Assembly (NCBI RefSeq): GCF_009914755.1
Contig: NC_060926.1
From: the human T2T-CHM13v2.0 reference genome, Homo sapiens
Direction: 5' to 3' (one strand)
DNA length: 64,000 nt
The translations under genes were made by a program, and so were the position numbers. The notes under the pieces were generated by a model. It was not told where the DNA came from, made no database searches, and saw only the letters and a list, made by a program, of their open reading frames with translations. Shown here one piece after another: positions 13,301 through 25,667 of the stretch (within the stretch, counting starts at the first letter, position 1; each line of letters begins with the position of its first letter).

Positions 13301-15467
13301 CAACTTAGGTTTTGAAACATTAGTAATATTCATGCCCAGTATATAAAAGTGCACAATTATTTAACATACTCACATTGATTCTCGTCACCACACTATTTTA
13401 AAAATTTGCATTAATAACTTAAATTTTTAAGCTAGTATGAATCCAATGAAGCAAAGTGGATTATTTTGAAATAGATAATGAAAATGGAGCCATTGGTTAC
13501 AACCTGTTTCAAAAGTCTATCTGTCCTCATTTTACTTTCCAGAAATAAAAGTTCATTGACAGAGAATAAACATTGTCCTTATTCAAATCCAAGGAATGGA
13601 CCTTATTGATTTTTGAAAGCAACTCTATTTTTGTGCATCAGTATGGCCCACTTCACCTGGAAGCTTACTTGGCATGTAGCTTAAACTCTTCCCTTCTTCC
13701 AGTGCCCACAGGACTTCAGATTTTTACTGAGGCCCTACCCTGTTATAATTTAAAACCTAGGGAATTAGCAGACGCTGACCTGTTGCTAGGGACATGCGGG
13801 CTCATTTTCCAGGCCTGGTTGCTACTTCCACTCATGCAGCTCTGAAACCCACCTGGCTCACTCTTCTAGGTGAAGATGGATATGTTCACACTTTGAAGAC
13901 ATTTTTCTAAGGCTACAAGATCTTTGTAAAGTTACAATTAGGGAAAAGAGTTGTGTATATACCTTTCAAATGTCAATCTAAAGGCAGGATGTTGTTTTTG
14001 TTTTTGCTGCTTTTCAAAACATTTATTACAATGTCTCATGAGAGAAGGGGGCAAAGTGTGATAACCCAAGAGGGGTTACGTCCTGTAATCTGTAGATATC
14101 AGCTTTTTTTTGCCTAGACGCTGGATTCATTATGCTAGATGTACAGTTGTGTGTGTGTGTTTTTTTTTTAAGTGTTTCAATTTATGCAGTGGGCTCTGTG
14201 GTTTGTACAGAGACTACCCATTCTCCAATCCTAGGAAGGGTTGAGGGAAGATTCCTAACAGAATCTTCATACCTCCTAAATGAGGCAAATGCCTCAAACA
14301 AAATGAATACCACATCAAAGGAGCAAGAAAGATAGTGAAATGCTGCCAGTAATTGCCTTTTGGGGTAACTCAGCTTAAACAACTTAAAGCTTGCAAACGC
14401 TGCACCCACACTACCCAGAAGAATACTTTTGTCCGAGGGTTTAAATTGCAAGCTAGGAAGCCAACAACTCTAAAACCCCTGCTTGGGAGCCAGAGCACGC
14501 AGTGTGCCTTTGACATATGTCTATAAGGAAACCTGTGTCTGGCACATCAGCAGTTTTGAATAGCTCGGGTTTGGTGACCAAAGTCAACACCCCACATATT
14601 TTGTCACAATTAGACTCAGATCAGCAAAAAGGCTGTTGGATTGACTAACTGGGTACATCTACTTAAGATGACCCGTGGTTTAAAAGAGCAGAAAGAAAAG
14701 AATGCTAGCCAACGCTCTGCCTGCAAGTGGCCTATGCCCAGAGGACTCCTGAGATTAAGCAAAGTAAAATTTTATCTGTTTGTTCTGAGTCTAATTCAGT
14801 GTCTAGCCTCTCATTGTGTAATCCATAAAGTCATTTTCATCCCATTTTAAGAAATCAATTTTAGATATTTCTGATGAGAGGTGATGTCAGACCTTACCAT
14901 TTTGAAGCAAGAAATCAAAATACCAATTCTAGTCATCCACCCTGAGATGGGTAACAGGGGGCAGGTGCATCTCTGCTGTATGTGGAAGATAGAGAGTATG
15001 TCTCCCATAAAATGTGAGTGATTTGGACATATTTGAATGCATTGGCCTAACATAGCTCTTAAATCCACCTTGGTCTAGTCCTTAGGACTCGTTAAGGGAG
15101 TAGTAATTTAGCTTATATCTGTTAAGAATCAATGCTAGGGGCCACTGAATGTGACAGACCACAATTCAAAGTTATAATGCCAAAGCTGAAGATGCAAAGA
15201 CAGGCCTTTCCTATAGGCTGGCCATAGTCTCGGAGAAATCTAGGAATTGGTAAATCTGATGTATATCTGTGGAAAATTCCTGGCTTGAGAAAGGAGAAAA
15301 ATTATGAAGTAGGTGGCACATTTTTGACTTTCTTGCATTCTATGGTGGTAGCAACTCTATAAAGAATAGAAAAACGTATAGTTTCAAAGGCAACATTGCA
15401 ATAAATACCAAAAAGAAGATGGTAATATAATTGGATGATTTAAGGCACAGTAAAATATATTCATCTG

Positions 15468-15508
15468 TCATGCAACAATATTTATCTAATCATGCAACAA
15501 TATTTATC
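15468..15508. repeat. Short tandem duplication (period 22) at an L2 3' end
   Basis: tcatgcaacaatatttatc occurs twice. Confidence 0.85.
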
Positions 15509-15850
15509 AGGTGCCTACATTGTGCTAGGCATTGGGATACTATAGTGAATATAAAGAGATACTGTCCTAGTTTCACAGATGGCATGATCTGGTGAGGAAT
15601 TGAAAGGTTATAGAAATAAATGCAAAATTCAACTGTGAGAAAGAATATGAGGAACAGATGCAAGATGGAGGTGTTGAGAATATTTCCAGCAAAGAAAATA
15701 GCCCCTTAAAACAACCATGGTGGTATAGCAGTCCTGTGGTGCACTCAGAGAACTGAAAGAATAGTGTGAATGAACAGTAAGAGAAATCTGGTGCAAGGTG
15801 AACCTGGAAAAGGTGGCAGGGTTTGATGTTAGGAATTTTGGTCTTTACAG
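15490..15850 (-). mobile_element. L2 LINE 3' fragment
   Basis: 'aatatttatcaggtgcctacattgtgctaggcattgggatactatagtgaa' resembles the antisense L2 3' end. Confidence 0.6.
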
Positions 15851-16080
15851 CAATGTTAAAGTTAATCCATATTATCCACGGCCTTACTGTTCACTGGAGA
15901 ACTTATTACTGAGTCCCATGGCAGAAAATATTTGCCATCAGCTGATACTAAAATATTATTCACTTCTTCAACTGATATTTTATTGAGCACCTACACTATG
16001 CAAGGAACGAGCATTGTTAATATAGTGGTGATGCACATATGCATGGTCCATGCTGTCATGAAATTTTTATTCTAAGATAA

Positions 16081-16379
16081 TTTTTTATTTTTAAGCCACA
16101 GGGTCTCACTCTGTTGCCCAAGCTGGAGTGCAGTGATGGGATCATAGCTCACTGCACCCTCAAACCCCTGTGTTCAAGTGACCCTCCTGCTGGAGCCTCC
16201 CAAGTAGCTAGGACTATAGGCATGTGCCACCACACCCCACCAATTTTTTAAATTTTTTTGGTAGAGATGGGGTCTCACTACGTTGCCCGGGCTGGGTTCG
16301 AACTCCTGGCCTTAAGTGATCCTCCCACCTCGGCTTCCCAAAGTGCTGGGATTACAGGCATGTGCTACTGTGCCCTGCC
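16081..16379 (-). mobile_element. Alu (AluJ-like)
   Basis: T tract then gggtctcactctgttgccca...ctggagtgcagt...atcatagctcactgca...cccaaagtgctgggattacaggc. Confidence 0.95.
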
Positions 16380-19300
16380 AGAAAAGATAAACTTTGAATA
16401 CAGGTGTAACAAGTGTCATAAAGAGAGAGTGCAGGGTTTATGACAGGGGAGTCATTTTGATGGTGTGAGTTGGGGATGTCACGCTACAGGAGTGATTTAA
16501 GCTGACGTGTGAAATATGTATTCTGGCTAGACTGTCCACTATCAACAGTGAGAAAGTGGTAGGAGGTAAAGAGAAAGAATGAAGGGCTTAAAGCCTTAGT
16601 GACTGTTTATAGCTAAATAGTGGAAACCAATATGATTTTGTTAAATGCTGGATATGGCAGTTGCCTTTTTGACATTTTTCCCATGAACCTGCAGGAATAC
16701 ATGAGTTTTGAGGAGTGAGGATGTCTTTGTGAAATTGCTCATCACAACACACACAGTTTAACCTGGATTAGATCCCTCAAACACACTGCCAGCCAACGGC
16801 CACTCCTGCCCTTCAGCAGGGCTCTGTGGTAGGTATGAATGCTAAGACCTGAGACCATGATCTTTTTTGACAAGCCATTTTTTGTCCTGGGATCCCAATT
16901 AAATCCATGTGCATTCTGTCTTTGGGGTCAGGAGGATTAAAGTTGGGGATGGAATGAGGCAGATAATTATGACTACCTCTTATTTACTCCTTGTTTCTCT
17001 TTTGGGGATACTCATATGGAAATACATAAGCTATTTTTCTTCCGTTATCCTCCCGAGGAAAGAAGGAAAAGGAATGGGTTGGAAATCTTGGGCTGAAGCA
17101 GAGAGAATTGTGGGCTGTGCTGAGATGGTGCTTTCTGGTTTATAGACTTCCAAAGTTTTCTAGTTCTCATCACTGTTCTGTCAAGGAGTAAGTAGCTCTG
17201 AAGCTCTCCATAATATCTGTTCCTCCTGGGTTGCAGCTCTTTTGTATCAGAGCTCAGACTAAAAACAATAGCTGTAGGAGGAGGTATTGGAATAAATGAA
17301 AATCAATCAAATACTGCAGAATCCTGAGCACTCTGCATCTGCATGGCTCAGACACTACTGCACACAGCGTAGGAGTTTGTCTTGTGTTCCACATCATCCT
17401 TTGAAAGGGAATAACTCTGCACTTCACATATATACATGTTTATGGCCTAACATGTCCCACTGTCCTAGGCCTTTGTCTTAACACATTACATCCATTGTTT
17501 CTACTTTCTACTGGTTGAGTGAAAATAGATGGTTACATCAATGCATATAGTAAATTGATGGTGGCCCAGGTAATCAAAAGTCTTGAAAAAATAATTTTAA
17601 GAAAAAGATGCACTTCATACAACCTTTTTTTTTGACTTTCAAGAACTCTTAGTTTAGTAAAAGCTACTCACTACTTTTAAGAGTTTTCCATTTCATTCAA
17701 CTGTTCACACTGCTGAACTGAGTGACATGGGTGCCACTTTTCTTGTAGAAAGGAAAATATAAGATTTACAAATATTTTCTGACATTTTTGATAAAATGTA
17801 CAACATAGTTTAGTTGAAGAAGGCATTTCCTACTTAATGCATTTTAAATTATTTGTGTTTACTTTTACCTCTTTCCTATAAATCTGTAGTCATTCTGGCA
17901 AGCTAAGTAATAGGCATCCTGGTGGTTACTGCTCATTAAAAGGGAAACACAAGTTTGACTCGAGGGAGAGGGCTTAGGTGGGAAAAGCCATTCCTTATAC
18001 AGTGATGGTCTTCACACAGTATGGTGATAAAAGCTCAATGGAACTACTCTGGGTCATTCCTTTATCATCATTTGGTGTCGTTTTTCCTTCTTCATTTGCT
18101 GATAAAGCATATTTTCTAATGCCAAAGATGGATTACTCCTGCTATACCTGAATTACAAATACAAGGGCTGTATCAGATGCTGTTGTTTTAGCATCAGTGT
18201 AAGCCAGAATAAGTATTTAAAGATATTGCAGTAATGATCATTCATAGAAAGAAAGTAGAACTTTGTTAGTGTCTCTGTGATTTAGAATTCAATGAAGGAA
18301 AGAGCTCCCAAGGTATAGAATTATTATTGCTTTTTAATAGCATCTGAGTAATTTTCATTTCTTTTCTTTGTCCTTCAAGTGTAAGAAAATATCAAGAATA
18401 TTCCTTCCTTGTGGGATAAATCTCACCTACTTTTTTTGTAATTTTTGCTTGCTTCTTTGGAATGGAACTGAGTCTAGGTAGTATAGTTACATTAATGTGG
18501 GCAGTTTGATTTTTAAAAAAGTCATTTAGTCAATGGTCACCACCTAGTTGGTCAGAATGTTCTCAGGGTGATATAGTAAGTGCTGGCCATAGTTAACTTA
18601 ATTAGCTGACAAACCATGAAACCTCTTGGTCACCTAGTCATGTAGACATGGTATTAAACTACAGACCACTGATGCATATATCTGAGAACTATGTGAAAGC
18701 TTTTATTGACTAAAGGAAAGTTTACAGCACAGTGAAATTATATTACTTAATCTGTTAAGTTATGTGTTTTTATAAATACTTTGGAAATATCTCTCTGGTT
18801 AGTGCTAAGGAAATCTTCAAGTTAATATTAAAAAATTCACCAAGTTAATGGTTTTCAACCATATTATACCCAATTATCCATCACAAAAATATATTTTATG
18901 ATGCCCAATATAGTAATCTTAAATGAAATTAACAGATAATACTTACCTACTTGTGCACATCATTGAAAGAGGATCTATGATGTTGTAACTGTAATATGTA
19001 GGAAATATAAAAGGGAAGTATATAAGGAGATACTATGTATGTAAGCTGTAAATGCTCTGACACCACTATTCTAGTAGATGGAAATACACACTATAAGTCT
19101 AAATTGCCACTTAGGTACAGGATTATCCCTCCTGAGAACCATTCCAGGAGTCAAGGGGTTTCCAGTGGTCTAAAAATATGTCTATTTTGTTCTTGCTCCA
19201 TACCAGTTCTAAACATGGCATTTGGCATGGAGTAAGTGCTCAATAAACATGTATACCATGAATGTTGAATGAACAAAAGAAACAAAACAAATCTTTCTCC

Positions 19301-19606
19301 TGCAAGAATTTATTTTCTGGTTAGAATGTCAGGTCAGTTCAGTAACACACAAAGCGAGGGTTCCTTGGTGCCCATGCATCCCAAACGGGCTGCGTGGTGC
19401 ATGCTGTGGGGAACTTGAGGATGAAGGCACCCACCCTGACCAGCTGTGAGCTGAGAAGGACTGCTGTGGTCTCAGGTCATCCAAGCAGCAGGCCAGTTAT
19501 GCGTCTCAACTACACTCTGCTCAGCGCACTTCTGTGCCAGGTACAGGCCCAGGTGCAGGGGACAGATAGGTTAATAAGGCCCTGTGCTCCTGCAACTGCC
19601 ATTTGA

Positions 19607-19761
19607 AGGTGTTTCCAACATCAGAACGTGTCAGAAGCCCTTCAGGGATGGTTAAATGAATATTCCCAGGCCCCACCTCAGAGATTCCGATCTGCATTTT
19701 AACAAGTTTCAGAAATAAATTGTGATGTAAGTGGTTCATGGACCTCACTTTAAGAAACATC
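19607..19761. mobile_element. MER5-family hAT-Charlie fragment
   Basis: 'cccaggccccacctcagagattccgat', 'ctgcattttaacaag', 'ggacctcactttaagaaaca'. Confidence 0.65.
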
Positions 19762-19777
19762 AAATGAGGTTGACAAT

Positions 19778-20468
19778 AAACCTAAAATGTGTTCTTTATG
19801 AGAATTTTCAATATTTGGGAAATGAATGGCAACCATGGGTGAATGTTGAGAATTCTTTTGACAGGAAATTTCTTACATTCATTTTATAAATCAAGTGAAT
19901 GCAAAAGATGAGAGTATATGTTTTTAAAACTTCATTTATAAGACTGATGCTGTTTGTAAGACATTATTGTTTTAATATTCATGTGATAGTAAAAATGGTC
20001 TTGATTATATGTGATGCACTTATATTTGTTTTCTTTTGTTAGTATTGCAGATGGAAAGGTAAATGGAAATATATTGAGAAGTATAAGATGGTGTTATAAG
20101 GCAGCTTTTAAGGTTTCTAATATCTTATAACACCATCTTACACTAAGATTATTTCTAGAATTTTAAAAAATCACCTTAAAATTCCTTTTTAAGAAACACC
20201 TTAGGATTAGCCAAAAGTGTTTATGGTTTATCTCCTTAGTTTAAGATTTTATTTTTATGTACCTTGTACCTTTTATGTACCTTGTCTGAAGTTTTTAACT
20301 GTAATCAAACTGTATGTATTAAAAACATACACTCTTATCTTTTGCATTCACCTGATTTATAAAATGAATGTAAGAAATTTCCTTTCAAAAGAATTCTCAA
20401 CATTCACCCATGGTGGCCATTCATTCCCCAAATATTGAAAATTCTCACAAAGAACACATTTTAGGTTT
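19778..20468. repeat. Long inverted repeat: 150-bp arms (19778-19927 and 20319-20468), 391-bp spacer
   Basis: Hand alignment of the left arm to the reverse complement of the right arm: ungapped, 7 mismatches in 150 bp. Confidence 0.97.
20080..20144. repeat. 21-bp inverted repeat (1 mismatch), 23-nt loop
   Basis: agtataagatggtgttataag ... cttataacaccatcttacact. Confidence 0.92.
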
Positions 20469-21658
20469 TTAAGTGTAATCAAGTTTTAAACTGTAATCAA
20501 AATAAGAGTATATCTGATGATACATGCCCTTTTAGTAGTATATATCTGACAATATTTTAAATATAGGTAGCTATCTTAGTTACAGAGAAGCCTACATACC
20601 AAAGACTAATACACGTTTTTTGACTGTATATATTTGAATGCATTTTTAAAAATGTAATTGGGTGAAAGCAGAATAAAAGACTTTCCAAGTTTTATTATGT
20701 ATATTTAATAGCTCAACATAAGGGGGTAAATGGACAGTTACTCTGGTAGAAAAAGACCTATAGCTGCGGATAATTCCATTATATCTCCCTCTAGGCAAGG
20801 GGACCCACCCCCACTGATGCCTCCACACACTCCCAGGCCTCATCCTCATGAAAACAAATCAACCAACCAACCAAAATAACCCTAATTTTGAATCACAGAT
20901 CATTAGCATTACTTACAACCATATTCAAATTAATCACAAATTCACATAAAAGCAATAAATTCATAGGTCAATTAATAGCTTTGTCTACATGATGTCAAAC
21001 AAGGGTTTTATTACTATTTCTGAACTGAATGTTTTCTTTTTTAAAAATCTAGTTTCAATGCTATGAATACTTAGCTTTTTAAAAATCAAATAATTTACAG
21101 GGCCACGAAGATTATAGTTTTCTTCTTTTAAAATTAGTAATCATCTTAGCACATATAAAGTAAACAAAATGAGAAAACAAATGTTCAGTTTATTGTCTTA
21201 AGCTTGCAAATGATAAGAAGGCTGCCTTTTTATTCTTTGGAATAGTTCTATAGGTTATTAAGATAACAGAGGACTAGATGAATCTTTAGTGGGGTACGTA
21301 TTTACAGAAAGTTTTCTAAAAAATGCTTTCTATGGAGAAAATCTTTTTGCTTAGATGTGCTATTTTGTGGGTATAAATTCAACTGGGTAGAGAGTATTCT
21401 GAACAAATCCTGAGTTGTTCATTTGTTAAATTTGATTTCCTCATTTTTTTATTTTATATATGACCACTGAAAAACTACAAAACAAAAATTTGGTTTAATT
21501 TCCATTTAGATCTTTTCCAAGGAGACTCAGTAATAGAAGTGAGCAAAGGTCACATTTTTGAAAGAAACTTTCTCTTTCTTATGTATTCTCAGAGTGTTGC
21601 CATCATTTATAAAGATGACCCAGCACATGTTATATTCAAATAGAAAAATGATTATAAA

Positions 21659-21776
21659 CATCAACATGTGTAGATTTCCATAGACTTCCTGATATTCACA
21701 GGATGTGTAATACTCAAGCATCAACGTGTAGATTTCCATAGACTCCCTGATATTCACAGGATGTGTAATACTGAAG
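21659..21776. repeat. Tandem duplication, 60 + 58 bp
   Basis: catcaac(at)gtgtagatttccatagactYcctgatattcacaggatgtgtaatactSaag twice; 2 substitutions and a 2-bp indel. Confidence 0.95.
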
Positions 21777-21863
21777 AAATGAGGTACGGTTACACACACA
21801 CAGGCACACACAAAAGACTCAAGCAGAGCAGAGTCACGAGCAGTGGACAGTTGAGTATGGGAC

Positions 21864-21893
21864 TGACTCAAACGAAACTGATAAAGTGAAAGT
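21864..21893 (+). promoter_or_regulatory. AP-1 + IRF/ISRE-like + GATA motif cluster (candidate enhancer)
   Basis: TGACTCA (21864-21870), AAACGAAACT, TGATAA and AAAGTGAAAGT within 30 bp. Confidence 0.35.
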
Positions 21894-22720
21894 GTGTGAA
21901 GGCTATGCCTGGTGAGATCGGCCCATGGTTACACCAGATACAATAATAGGACACAGGCGAAGCTCCCTTCTGCCTCATGTTGCACTGAGAGTCCAAGAAA
22001 GTTTGGCAAGTAGACCCTGAAGTCCTGTCCAGATAATCCAAAATCATCACCCATGGAGCTTAATTCTGAATTTCCGCCCCAGACGAAACTCCGATTAAAT
22101 TCAATGAGTGTTTCTCATTTTAGAAAGTTGTGCATGTGCATGCCATATTCTTTTCTTAGATAAAAACATACCCACAGCTCCTTCCATACAAAACGAAACC
22201 AAACACATTTAGAACACATGTAAGCCATTTCTCTATGGGAAAGGCCATTTGTGGTTAACACAGAAAGTATTTATGGTTTCACTGTTAATTGTGGTTTCTT
22301 TGTATTAGCCAAAAAAGGTAGCGTTTTTCATGTTAGAAACAGTATGAAAGCAATAGCCTTTCTAAAAAATATCCGCATTTTCTGGGGCATAAGGAAGTAA
22401 CTGAATTTATGATATCTTCTAAACACCAAAGGAGTATATGCAACATAAAATTGTGTTTTCAATTTGAATAAAAGTTTATTCAAAATTATCTTAATTGTAC
22501 TTTTGTACATTTCCACAAGATAAGACCATATAATCAACATTGTATATTTAAGGCATTTGATTTTTTATTTGTATTTGTTATCTAGGAATAATAACATTTA
22601 TTTCTGAATCAATGCTATTCTTGTAAATTATTTCCTTTCTTCTGAAAATTGTTAATTTTACAACGTGCATGTTTATAAACGTGGATTCATTTACCTAAAT
22701 CAGTTGGCTGACCTGCCTAA

Positions 22721-22816
22721 TCCCTTCCCTCTGTCTTCCTCTTTCTCTCTTCCTTCTTTCTTCTCCCCTACTCTCCTCTCCCCTCCCCTCTCCTCCCCTT
22801 CCCCTTCATTCCTTCC
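22721..22816. repeat. Polypyrimidine/polypurine low-complexity tract
   Basis: ~95 bp almost exclusively C/T on the + strand. Confidence 0.85.
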
Positions 22817-24374
22817 AAAATGCAATACTGCATTTTGGCAAGGATTCTATAATGAGAGTGAGTGCATTCAAGAGGTTAATTACATGTAAAAACAGTCAGT
22901 TTCATTAATTCGAATGTACTATACATTTTTGGGGCCTATATGTTAATATTTTTTAACAGACATTTCCACAAGTGCTGCATTTTAACATCTGAATGCATCA
23001 TGTATATATTATTAGAAGAGGGAAAGAAGAGACAATTGTGATTATTAGGTCAATAACCAGAACACTTAGGAAGATTAATATAGCAAGCAGTTTTTTGTAA
23101 GTACATTGGCTTTTATTACCTACAGGAAAGAATATATTTTCTAATTTCATTATTATGCAATTTAAAAAATTTTAGAAGAAGCAATATATAAATATTTGAT
23201 TATATCTTATTAAATTCCATAAGAAAAAGAAGCCATCAAAACATGACCCTAATTGTCTCTTTCTGAGTGTGAAAAACATTCTTTATGAAAATGCTTGGAA
23301 GTGTAATTTATCAATTTAATCACATACATTTATGTATATCTCCTGAGTGTATGTGAAATTGAGTCTAAATGAACATTTTATGATGTTAAACGCATTTTTC
23401 CAAAGATCTACATTTATTCAAAGATCATGTAAAAGGCTGTTAATTTGGATAAATACTATTCTGTCCATTGCTAAGTATTTATAAAATTCTGAGTTTAACT
23501 TAAAGACATCAAACATATTGGTACATTTAAATTGCACCAGTATTCGTTTCTAAAAATCTTTAATAAAAAATGTAAAGGTTTTGAATTATATTTTGTCTCC
23601 TTTCTCTTACAAATGGAAAATTAAACTGGAATATATTGTTATGTATGAAATTTATTAACTATGATGAGGTTATATACTATATAACTTTCTGCCTCTCAAA
23701 TATTATTGTAATATATTTTATATAGTGTGTAATATTGAATCTTAGTGTAGTAATATATTTTGACATTTATAGATTTATATATTTTTAAATCTATTCATAA
23801 ACATAGGATATGTTTTTCATGTCTTTTTGTGATTTTTAGTTTGAAAAACATAAACATTTTAAGCGATAACATTCATAGAAGGCAAATACTTCTCTGTGGA
23901 GTCTTTACAAAAAGGAATAAAACCTCAAACTAGAATTCATTTAACTTCATTTTAATAGATATGTTACGTTTTATTTTTGTTGCCGACATCTGAAGTAAAT
24001 AATTTCTGAATCCAGGTAGTTGTTTTTGCACAGCAGAATAAAATATCTTTTTTACTATTTTACTATTTTCATTTGTATTCAAATATTGATATGAAGTAAC
24101 CAAAGAACAAAACAGACTTTACTAATACATTCTTCAGTTGCGGGCAATCGGTGGTGAGAGTCAAAAAGAAGAAAAGTCCAAACAAAGGTTTTTCATTTCT
24201 TGCTGTTTACAAATATGTAAAAACAAGAATTCATAGTGTCCATATATTTCCTAGCCTTTAGTGTCACATTTTGTTCAGCAAAGGTTTCTTACCTTTTTTC
24301 ATTGATGCCTTATTGAGAATCCTGAAATACTGCTGCTCAGTTCTTTCCTCTTCATCTGCTTGCATTGTGCATAT

Positions 24375-24393
24375 CAGTCTGTAGGGGGCACTC
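24375..24393 (+). promoter_or_regulatory. CTCF motif-like site
   Basis: cagtctgtAGGGGGCACtc resembles the CCASYAGRKGGCRS core with deviations at the 5' end. Confidence 0.4.
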
Positions 24394-25369
24394 CTCAGCT
24401 ACCACAAAGACTTGTGATAAGTCCTTTCTGTGGTCTGAAATGTATTTAATACTCATTATTTTATCAAGGCACTTAGTTTAAAGAGAATTCATAGTTTATC
24501 TTTAAAGCATATATAGCCATAATTGAGGAAAAAAACCCTCAGTTTCAAGATGGGCATTTGGATTTCCGAGGATGTTAATAAAAATTTACAAAACTGCATT
24601 GAACTTTGGTAAATTAGTACTTTTCAGAGCTTCCTTCTTTCTATTCTTTTCTTGGAGCTCAGGGTGGATTTTATAATACCCAGACTTTTATTACTATACC
24701 TCGAGTCTTGTTGTCTCTTTGCCTTGAGGGCTCCCAGAGAGCAGAATGTAGAGTGATCATGATTTACATGTGGGAAGAGGAACCACAGAGTTTTTACATA
24801 GAATTACATGCCCTACACTGGAGCTTATAAACAGCTTATCTTTAACGGGAGTGAAATATTAATTTAAGATTGTGTGTGGCCTTCTCTACTCCCTTTCCTC
24901 CCTTTCTCCTCCCATCTCCAACAGAATCTACTTGGGTGGCAATTCTAAGAACCCCTTCCATAATAATGACGTGGTCCTCTCACATGGCTGTATCTTCCAG
25001 GTTCACATCAGCTGTGGGTGCAGCTGCTTTGGCTTATTATAGATTTCCATAGTTACCTCTCAGAGAGACCAGCAGCATTAACTGGTCCAACACGTTGGGG
25101 GTTGACTTTCCACATTCAGCCTCTTACTTGCCTCCGTGCCAGTGCTTCTGCGTCCTGCTGTTACCATGGTTGTACTCTACTCACCCTCTTTGAGACCAGC
25201 CCCTCCTCTTGATCAGAGAGCCCCTCACTCCTCTGGAGCCTGACACTGGATGCCACTTCAGCAGTTGCTTCGTCCTTTTCCTTATCATCAAACGTTCCCT
25301 TTCTCTGCTGTAATTTCTCCTATCTCTCTTCACCCCACTTCTCCTGCAGCCTCTCCATTTCTCAATTCA

Positions 25370-25515
25370 TTTTATTTTTTATTTAATTTTATTTTTTTTG
25401 AGACTGGCTCTCACTATGTTGTCTGGGTTGGTCTTGAACTCCTGGGCTCAAGGGATCCTCCCACCTCAGTCTCCCGAGTAGCTGGGACTACAGGCATGCC
25501 CCACCGCACCTGGCC
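25370..25515 (-). mobile_element. Alu monomer (FLAM/FAM-like)
   Basis: T-rich tail followed by a single arm ending ...ccaccgcacctggcc. Confidence 0.9.
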
Positions 25516-25667
25516 ATTTTTCAGTCCATTTTAGAGCAGAACCTCTCAAAGGGCTGTCTGTATCTGATGTCCTAGGCTTTCCACCCCTCCTTCTTTCCTT
25601 TCCTGCTCCACTGATGCTCTGTTCCTAAAATCAAGGACCTCCATGATGCTAAACCTAATGGTCAGTC

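Noticed and set aside
18842-19090. Possible Charlie/hAT DNA transposon fragment
   Set aside because: Only a terminus-like 'tggttttcaacc'; too degenerate to call by eye
21659-21776. Possible CRISPR-like array
   Set aside because: Only two adjacent units without spacers, in primate DNA
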